IMG/VR virus record: IMGVR_UViG_3300017967_004030 | Location: 264 to 64,263 of that record | Length of the DNA stretch: 64,000 nt | Reading direction: 5' to 3' (one strand) | Source: a virus | Taxonomy: Duplodnaviria; Caudoviricetes | Part shown: positions 9,193 to 17,100 of the stretch, in pieces | Layout: every line of letters begins with the position of its first letter | How positions within the stretch are numbered: the stretch's first letter is position 1 | Position numbers and translations under genes: made by a program | Notes under the pieces: generated by a model | Told to the model about the DNA's origin: nothing | Databases searched by the model: none | The model's input: only the letters and a program-made list of their open reading frames with translations

Positions 9193-10109
9193 TCTTTTTC
9201 CAAAAATTTGTTTGACATTCTCATTGGATTTTGATAAATTTCTTTAAAAAATTTACTGTGAGGACCATCCAATGGTTTTGTAGAAATAGGAATATTTAAT
9301 TTGTCTTTTAATATATCCCCTAAAACTTCAATTTCTTGTAATAGATTTTTTTCTGTTAAATTTTTTGTTAATCCGTCCCAGTGCGAATTTAAATATTCAA
9401 AATCTCTTACGTTAATATAATCCCAATCAGTACACATTGTTTGATATAAACCTTCTCTAGCACCATAGATAGCCCAAAGTCCGTTTTCTACATCTGCGCC
9501 GACCATTAACCAAATATATAGTCTATGCAAGTTTTTCCAATGATTTTTATGAAAGTCCTCGACACTTACTTTTACGCCTCTATCTAGTGCCATTTTTACA
9601 CCTTCACGAAATCCTGCTCTCCAGGCCTGATGTGGAGTAGAATTGTTATGCACATCACAATACACTCCTTCCATTTGAATGTATTGTACGTCCCAGCAAA
9701 AATCAACTTGTGCGTGAGGGTTATTAGGATCGGCATTTTCGTGAGTTTTCATATTCAAAACAAATTCTTTAGGCCAACATTTAAGTCCGCCATTACCGTA
9801 TATTAGGCCGTTAATCATATTATTTCCTGCCCAACTTATTACACAGTTTGACAAATTTTTGTTTTCGTCAAAGTCTATAGTTTGATTTAAAAACTCTTGC
9901 CTAATAATATTATCGCCATCTACTGTGATAAATCTATCTGTTTCACTTAATTCAGCACAAGCTTTGTGTGCAGCATCTGAACCTTTTACACCGTGTACAC
10001 GTTTTGCCCAAGGAACTTTGCTGCATAAGTCTGCGTAATTTTTTTCAGCATTTGGTTCATCATAACTTAGATATATTATATCGTAGTCTAAAACTTTAAA
10101 TTTTTTCAT
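9189..10109 (-). CDS. Glycosyltransferase-like protein (GT-A-type)
   Basis: YDIIYLSYDEPNA, RVHGVKGSDAAH, FITVDGD (DxD), YGNGGLK, AWRAGFRE. Paralogous to the C-terminal domain of 233-1549. Confidence 0.6.
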   Translation of the reverse strand: MKKFKVLDYDIIYLSYDEPNAEKNYADLCSKVPWAKRVHGVKGSDAAHKACAELSETDRFITVDGDNIIRQEFLNQTIDFDENKNLSNCVISWAGNNMINGLIYGNGGLKCWPKEFVLNMKTHENADPNNPHAQVDFCWDVQYIQMEGVYCDVHNNSTPHQAWRAGFREGVKMALDRGVKVSVEDFHKNHWKNLHRLYIWLMVGADVENGLWAIYGAREGLYQTMCTDWDYINVRDFEYLNSHWDGLTKNLTEKNLLQEIEVLGDILKDKLNIPISTKPLDGPHSKFFKEIYQNPMRMSNKFLEKE

Positions 10110-10723
10110 TGTCTCACTTCATAATTATAAGTATCAAAATACTTTGCAGTGTATACACTTACGTTATTAGGATTAATTGTAGAATCAATTTGATCACTTA
10201 TATTAACTTGTTCTTGATTAAGTAATGATTGATAATTTATTTTTATACTTTGGTGAAGTATGTTTGGATCGTTCTTATCAGTTATACTAAAATTCATCAC
10301 TAAATCAAAAGATAATCTTTTATCTGCTTCAAAATGTTCTAATCTTTTTTCTTCATTCAAATATACAGTCCATTCATCTCGATAACAACATATGTTTATA
10401 TCAGCATTTGGCACATTTTGTGGAATATTATATAATCTATCTCTTACATTAGGTATTTTTGTTTTTTCTAATTGATCTGTTATAACTAATCTATTTTTTG
10501 TTGGATTGTATGTTACAATAAAATCATCAATACGCCTTACACCGTGTTGTATATCTTTAACATCTTCATAATTGACATATATACTATGCAAGCCGGGTGC
10601 TGTTTCTTCTTTACTAGATATCTTGTTTATTTTTCCAGTATCAGGATCAAAATAAACGTGCATTCCTACATTTGATTTAGAAACTTCTAAATTTTCAACA
10701 AATTTTCTTAAATTGTTTATCAT
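10106..10723 (-). CDS. Hypothetical protein
   Basis: 205-aa ORF overlapping both neighbours by 4 nt. No motif recognised. Confidence 0.75.
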   Translation of the reverse strand: MINNLRKFVENLEVSKSNVGMHVYFDPDTGKINKISSKEETAPGLHSIYVNYEDVKDIQHGVRRIDDFIVTYNPTKNRLVITDQLEKTKIPNVRDRLYNIPQNVPNADINICCYRDEWTVYLNEEKRLEHFEADKRLSFDLVMNFSITDKNDPNILHQSIKINYQSLLNQEQVNISDQIDSTINPNNVSVYTAKYFDTYNYEVRQ

Positions 10724-11556
10724 TGCACTAATTCCATATAATTGTTTAACATATATGGTTTTAAGAAATCTTTTTCAGTATAATGTAAAATTCCTAACTG
10801 TTGAAAATTTCCTAATTTTATTTCGCCTTTATGATTCATATATACGTCTACACAATCTTGCCAGTTTTTCTTTTTATTTGTCCATCCTTGTATCTGTGAC
10901 TTCATATGGATAAAGTTAGGAAAGCTAGAAACTTTGTTAGTAATTTTATCTTCACAATCTAGTATTATTGTAACAATTGCACTACACACATCAATACTAC
11001 ACCAAGACGGTCTGTTTTCTTTCAAAAATATTTCATAAAATTTTTGCCAATTTTGTACCACAAATTCTAACCATTTATAAAACTTGTGCGCAAAATCGCC
11101 TTTATTAAAATAATGAAATCCGCTGTATATATTAGGTAAATTATTACTTACAAATGTTTTTCTATAATATGTGTCAGTTATAATGTCTCCTCTATAGGTA
11201 AAGACTTTACTTGTATAAAACATTTCATAATTTTCTAAAAAGTCCCACCAAGAAGATATAGATTGTAAAATTAAAGTATCTGTATCAAGTACAATTGTTC
11301 TATCATACGGTGATGAATGATAAATTTTCCATCTATTTTGAATCTTCCATTCAAATTCTGCGGCATCATCATCCCACATTATAGGAATAATCTTGTCAAA
11401 TAAGTTTTTGTACTTTGCTGGAACTACATCGTCAGTAATAATACTTATTAGTTCTGTAGGATTATGTTTTTTCAAACTTAGAGCAAGTAGACAAGCTTGT
11501 TGTACATAATTAACTTGTTCATTATTCTGTGCAAGTACAACTATACCTTTACTCAT
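10720..11556 (-). CDS. Putative GT-A glycosyltransferase (GT8/mannosyltransferase-like)
   Basis: KGIVVLAQN, SPYDRTIVLDTD (DxD), NIYSGFHYF, LHYTEK. Confidence 0.65.
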   Translation of the reverse strand: MSKGIVVLAQNNEQVNYVQQACLLALSLKKHNPTELISIITDDVVPAKYKNLFDKIIPIMWDDDAAEFEWKIQNRWKIYHSSPYDRTIVLDTDTLILQSISSWWDFLENYEMFYTSKVFTYRGDIITDTYYRKTFVSNNLPNIYSGFHYFNKGDFAHKFYKWLEFVVQNWQKFYEIFLKENRPSWCSIDVCSAIVTIILDCEDKITNKVSSFPNFIHMKSQIQGWTNKKKNWQDCVDVYMNHKGEIKLGNFQQLGILHYTEKDFLKPYMLNNYMELVQ

Positions 11557-12400
11557 ATCCTACCTCGTCTATTATTCTATTTAGACTAAATTTATTCATT
11601 ACGTGTACACTTTGATCTTTAATAGAAATAGCTGTATATTCGCCTCTGTAATTTTCTTTTTCTACTAAAAAAATAAATTTATTATCTTCTAATTTCCACA
11701 AAATGTCTCTATCTATTGTATATAAATGCTTTCCTGGCAATTCTGCAATAAAACTACCTCTAGAAAATCCATTCATAATATGACCTGCTATACTAAATGC
11801 AAAATCATTCCTAAATAATGAGCTTTCTAGCTGATATACTGTTGTGTAATGACTCCAATTTTCTTGTATGTGCTTAATTAAGTCAAAATATATTTTGTTA
11901 AGTTCAGTTTTTCGAAAAAAAACTACAGTAGCCCAATAAAAGTCTATACTGTAATCGCTTATATAATCAAACTCTCTTTCGTCTCTTACTTTTGCAATAT
12001 CTTCTGATTTTTTAAACATTTGAAGATCATTTGGAGAATCAAAACAATTAGATAGTAAATTATTAGAAATTATATAATCAGTATCCAACAATAAAGTTTC
12101 TTCATAAGGAGACAAATCGTATGCTTCTACTCTATAGTTATTTTTAAAATTTAGTTTCTGGCTATAAAGAGTTCCATCGTGATAACTTTTTTTGTTAGGA
12201 CTGTCGTCTTTGTAATCAATTTTAATAATTTTTTCAAATGTGTCCTCAGGGAAAGAATCTTGAAGGTATAAGACACTATCTGTAATAATACTTACAGGAA
12301 TATTTAAATATTTTTTTATTCTGTTTGCAAGGAATACTGCTTGTTTTACATAATCAATTGTATCGTTATTTCTTGCAATTAAAAGTGCGCCTTTAGTCAA
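11549..12400 (-). CDS. Putative GT-A glycosyltransferase, paralogue of 10720-11556
   Basis: KGALLIARN, SPYEETLLLDTD (DxD), FRNDFAFS, HVMNK. Confidence 0.65.
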   Translation of the reverse strand: MTKGALLIARNNDTIDYVKQAVFLANRIKKYLNIPVSIITDSVLYLQDSFPEDTFEKIIKIDYKDDSPNKKSYHDGTLYSQKLNFKNNYRVEAYDLSPYEETLLLDTDYIISNNLLSNCFDSPNDLQMFKKSEDIAKVRDEREFDYISDYSIDFYWATVVFFRKTELNKIYFDLIKHIQENWSHYTTVYQLESSLFRNDFAFSIAGHIMNGFSRGSFIAELPGKHLYTIDRDILWKLEDNKFIFLVEKENYRGEYTAISIKDQSVHVMNKFSLNRIIDEVGYE

Positions 12401-12749
12401 TTTCTAATCCTACTAAATCAGTAACACTCCTATTTTTTTTGAGTTTTTCGTATTCGACAAAATAATTATTAGACGATGTAAAATACGTATTCAATATTTC
12501 ATTGTAAAATTCTTGTATATTGTCAATTTGTAAGGGTATGTTATTATCATCTACTAATACAATCTCATCTTGCTCCGATGACAACATTGTGTAGCAAAAA
12601 TTTATTAGTTCTTTAGTAACTGTGAACTGGCAACCGTCATAAAAATAAATTAGATCTTCTAAATATTTTTCTTTTAACAATCTTTTCTGGTTGTTAAGTG
12701 TAACCATAAAATTAGAAAATTCAATAGCTTTTTCTAAACGCTCGTCCAT
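12393..12749 (-). CDS. Hypothetical protein, first gene of the glycosyltransferase operon
   Basis: Start moved to ATG 12749 (MDERLEKA) because GGAG is at 12760-12757 and the longer start falls inside the promoter. Confidence 0.75.
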   Translation of the reverse strand: MDERLEKAIEFSNFMVTLNNQKRLLKEKYLEDLIYFYDGCQFTVTKELINFCYTMLSSEQDEIVLVDDNNIPLQIDNIQEFYNEILNTYFTSSNNYFVEYEKLKKNRSVTDLVGLEID

Positions 12750-12773
12750 ACTTGTACTCCTATAAGATATAAT

Positions 12774-12802
12774 AGTATATAACAAAAAAAATTATTTGTC
12801 AA
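12774..12802 (-). promoter_or_regulatory. Sigma70-type promoter TTGACA-17-TATACT
   Basis: Minus strand TTGACA at 12802-12797, 17-nt spacer, TATACT at 12779-12774, followed by GGAG and ATG. Confidence 0.85.
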
Positions 12803-12813
12803 ATAAGATCTGA

Positions 12814-13536
12814 CTACATTTTCCGCTGATGATCTAGAAATTTGTTACCTTGGGTGTCTTCACCACGCCAATATCTCTTTCCTACACCGTGCGGTTTTTT
12901 CTTGTCGACGCTGTTGCGTTCAATTCCTGCATTTTTCATTTCTTGTTGTTCAAGTTGAATGGCGTTTTCACTAAAATAATTTTCAGCAAGTTCTATTTCA
13001 AATTTATCAACAAAATATCTAGGAATAGGCATAACTGCACTTATTATATCTCCTTTTTTTACTTCTACTACTAGCTTAGGAGAAAGTATTTTTAAGTTAA
13101 AAGTAAAGTCTCTACGTAAATTATCTGTTTCAACTACTGCGGTCATATTAGATAAATTTGGTATAAAATAATTAGGAGGATTCATTACCATTAAATTAAT
13201 ACCGGGAGGAGTTCTAAATGTAAATCTATTTTGTACAGTAATAAGTCCACTTCCAAAATGAGCACTTATTGTTTGTTTACTGCAAGGACTTGTTTTTATT
13301 GTAACATCATTAGGCGCTTCTCCACCATTCCATTCTGCTGTAAAATCACAACTACTCCTTATTGCAAAACCGTATTGATTTCCAATGACTACAGGCAAAC
13401 AGTGAGCAACGTGTTTGTTGACCCAGTCTCTTGTTTTCATTCCTTTTAATGGTTGTACTATATCTAGATAATCATCTTTATGATATATCGATTCTGGTAC
13501 AACTAATATTTTGTTTTTTGGAAAATTATTAAGCAT
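12814..13536 (-). CDS. DUF6065-like protein
   Basis: HCLPVVIGNQYGF, FRTPPGINL, PPNY, VVETD match my recollection of DUF6065. Overlaps the end of the oxygenase gene. Confidence 0.6.
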   Translation of the reverse strand: MLNNFPKNKILVVPESIYHKDDYLDIVQPLKGMKTRDWVNKHVAHCLPVVIGNQYGFAIRSSCDFTAEWNGGEAPNDVTIKTSPCSKQTISAHFGSGLITVQNRFTFRTPPGINLMVMNPPNYFIPNLSNMTAVVETDNLRRDFTFNLKILSPKLVVEVKKGDIISAVMPIPRYFVDKFEIELAENYFSENAIQLEQQEMKNAGIERNSVDKKKPHGVGKRYWRGEDTQGNKFLDHQRKM

Positions 13537-14056
13537 TTTTTGTCAAAAATAGAACTATTGTATATCTTTCACCAGATTTAACTTCAGTTACTCCGTGTAA
13601 ATATTCTTTTGTACCTTCAAATTGTACAAGTGTTCCCGGAGTTGTTTCTGGTTGTAAATTTTGGTTTGGAAAAAATATTTGGCCGCCTTCGTAATCTTCA
13701 TTAAGATAGATTAATACACTATAATGTCTATTAGGATAAGGGTGTAGAGAACCGTCGAGATGTTCACAATCTGCGTGAGGAGGGTCTAGTTTATCTCCTT
13801 TGCGCCATCTTACCAACTGAAATGTTTCTATCAAACATTTGGTTTTGTATTTTGTTTCTATAATTTGTCGTACGTTTAATCCTATGTCGTCTAACAATTG
13901 TTGTATATCTTTATTAGATATATTACTTTTATGAATAAATTTTTCAGACCAATGGTCGTTTGTAACTATCCAGTCATTTGTTGTTGTTACATAATCTACG
14001 AGACTGTTAATATTATTCTTATTTAAAAAATTATTATCTATATAAATGTCCTGCAT
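13529..14056 (-). CDS. Prolyl 4-hydroxylase-like 2OG-Fe(II) oxygenase
   Basis: PPHAD (HxD), YSVLIYLNEDYEGGQIFF, LHGVTEVKSGERYT (distal His and 2OG-binding Arg). Confidence 0.8.
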   Translation of the reverse strand: MQDIYIDNNFLNKNNINSLVDYVTTTNDWIVTNDHWSEKFIHKSNISNKDIQQLLDDIGLNVRQIIETKYKTKCLIETFQLVRWRKGDKLDPPHADCEHLDGSLHPYPNRHYSVLIYLNEDYEGGQIFFPNQNLQPETTPGTLVQFEGTKEYLHGVTEVKSGERYTIVLFLTKNA

Positions 14057-14084
14057 ACTTTATATATTTAAAATACACAGGACA
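14047..14084 (-). promoter_or_regulatory. 15-bp RNA hairpin covering the oxygenase start codon, with a TAAATA late promoter motif (14070-14065) at the loop
   Basis: Minus strand TGTCCTGTGTATTTT-AAATATAT-AAAGTATGCAGGACA pairs fully with 3 G-U wobbles. The ATG (14056) is in the 3' arm. Confidence 0.7.
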
Positions 14085-14103
14085 CTATATAGTAATTGGT
14101 TTA

Positions 14104-17100
14104 CTACGGAAGCAAACCGCCTGATATTGTGAACGAAGCACCATCTGAACCTGCGCCTGTTTGCGCAACTCCTACAGTATAGAAACCAGTTGGAAGTTGA
14201 GCAGATATAGTATCAGTACCGTTTGCATCTGTTGTTCTACTACCAGATGTATATGCTGCGCCGTCTTTGTACACTGAATACGCATACGATGTATTTGGTA
14301 TTCCGCCTGTGATACTGACATACGCTGTCAAACCTACTGCTACTGCCGTAACCTGAATAGCATACGTCGGAGGTGGCGGAGGCGGTGGTGGTGGCGGAGG
14401 CGGAGGTGGTGGCGGAGGTGGTGGCGGAGGTGGTGGCGGAGGTGTTGAGACTGCCGAAACTATTGTAAACGCTTGATCTACTACAGTGCCATTTAAAACT
14501 AAATCTGCTCTCCAAGTACCTACTTGCCCGATACCTGTACTTGTACTTCCACTAGCACTCGAACTAAATAATCCTTGGAATACATTATCTTTATAAGCGT
14601 TTACGGCCACAGTTGTTGCATTGCTACTGCTCCAGGTAATAGTATAAATGTCTGATGTAGTTCCAGATAGAGGAGATATACTAACACTTCCAGTTGGTCC
14701 AGGGGGCGGTGGTGGAGGTGGTGGAGGTGGCGGAGGTGGTGGCGGAGGTGGTGGTGGTGCTGCACTTACAAAGATAGTATCTGTATCTAGTGTATCTGTA
14801 CCGTGCGCTAGTGCTGCTGTATGGATTCCTCCTGCAGTAGCAGTAAAAGTTCGAGAACCAGAAGTTCCATTAACTGGGCCAACAACTATACTATTCAATC
14901 CATAATAAGCATAAGCTGTAACTGTAGTGGTTGTATTACTACTTGTCCAGGTTACTGTTATTGTGTCTCCTACGTTATATACACCTGATCCTTCAAAATA
15001 AATATTTCCAGTTGGTCCTGGTAAGCCGACTGCAATAGTATCACTTGCTGTTACGTACTTTAATGTGTTAGTGGCATCATAATAAGATGATGCAATACTT
15101 GCTCTCCAATTGCCTGTATTAGCTAGAACTTCGTATGTTAAGGCGCCACCCGGTTTTGTAGTTGAACTTACAACTGCTGTAGTAGACGATGGCGGATATA
15201 TAGCAGCATAGGTAGTATTCGCACCAGTACCAGCGGTGTAATCAGCACGTATGGTTTCTCCTATAAACGCAGACGCAGCGTCAAACGCAATAGTTGGGTT
15301 TGGAATAGTTACTGCTTGATTAACAGTTAATGCTGGATTAGTTGATACTGTAATTTCTAGGGATGTATCAATTAAATTATATATTTTAATATAACCAGTC
15401 CAGGTACCTACTTGGTCTGCTACGCCAGATGCTGATCCTGACTTTGTGTTATACCTATTAGGATTAACATTACCTGATGGACTTATTACATAAATGTCAT
15501 ACCCAAATAAGGTTGCAGAGTTATAGCCGCCGTCCCAAGATAATGTAAATGAAGTAGAATTTACTGTACCCGATGTTGGTGACCAAGATATTGCAACATT
15601 ATCATAAGTAGGTGAGGGGTTCGCAACAGGTGTTTGGCTAGTGTCATTGATAGTTATTGACTGACTAGCAACTGCTCCGCCCGATGCTGTTTTTCTGACG
15701 TTAATTGTTTTAGATTCTGCACCTTCTGTGGTTGCATCTGCTATAGGACTTAAACTAAAACTTCCGGAATTATTAAACATCGAGAATGATCCACTAGATG
15801 TACTAAAATCTGATCCGCCCGTTACATCCCAATATAATGTAGGTGCACTTGCCCATCCTGTAGCTGTTACTGTATAAGTACCAGAACTTCCTTCGTTAAT
15901 ATTACTGGGTCCACTTATGCTATAAGTTGGTTCAACTGGAGTGACTGCATAGTATGCACTTGTACCGTCAGAAAAGTTAACAGTTATTGTTACACCTTCT
16001 CCGAAGCTTGTAGACATTGTAACAGGAAAAGTAGCTGTTCCACTAGCATTGGTTGTGCCCGACCCGCTATTGCCTGAAGTTAATTCTGTAGCAGACCAGG
16101 TAAAGTTTGTATTAGGGCGAGCATAATAGATATATACATCACCATCCGGATTTCCGGTAGCAGATACAATACTAACACTAGGACTATATACTGCTGTTAC
16201 CGTAAATGTAAGTGAACTAGCTAGGTCAGGGTTAGGCACTGATACATTATATGTTCTTTGTCCTGCTGAACCAAAAGATACTGTAGAAGTATAATTGCCG
16301 CTACTGTTAAAAGTTCCTGTAAATACGTCACTGCCCGAAACACTAAACGATCCATTAGGTCGACCTGTTATAGTTAAAGTTGCATTTTGATTTACATCAG
16401 GCGAACTAGGACTAATAGATATAGTGCTTTGATATACATCTGTTACAGTATAATTTAACGTTGTTGAGTTGTTACTAAATGCTTCTGCAATAGTAAAACT
16501 ATATGATCCTGCAGGGGAAGTTTGTATTTGTATTGTTGCCGTTCCATTAGAATCAAATACAAAAGCACTAAGGGATTGACCATTAATACTAAACTGTCCG
16601 CCGGGGAAACCTCCAGCTATAGTAACTTCTCGATCTGCGCCTGTCGCGCCTTCTATTACTGTAAAATTATTTCTACTTAAACCTAGCACAGCAGTAATTG
16701 TATAGTTTGTCGAAGCTGTCAAAGGGCTATAACCAGACACATTTTCAAAATGTGAAGTATATGTATAATTTCCAGGTTTTGCTTGTAACCTAGTAAAAAC
16801 TAATTGTCCATTTGCAGGAATAGTTGCCCCTGTTCCAGGTAATCCTTTTGGTACATCAGCCACAGACGGATTATTACTAGTCACAGAACCAAGATGTTCG
16901 GTATTAGGAGGACCAACTACAGTATGTGTGAACGAATTATACACAGGAGAAGATGTCGGATTAACTGTTGTACTGTTTACTCCCGAAGGTAAATCATCAT
17001 TAATAAGCGTTAGTGAAGTACTAGCACTATCACCTGTATCTCGATGTGTCCAAGTTACCGTCATAGTTTTGTTGCCATCATTGACAGATTCTTGTAGGAA

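Noticed and set aside
14368-14757. CRISPR-like or non-coding tandem array
   Set aside because: The repeats are in-frame proline codons with no repeat-spacer structure.
14648-14905. Plus-strand ORF with a long polyglycine run (also 17977-18219 with Trp/Arg runs)
   Set aside because: These are antisense shadows of the polyproline codons in the 1791-aa gene.
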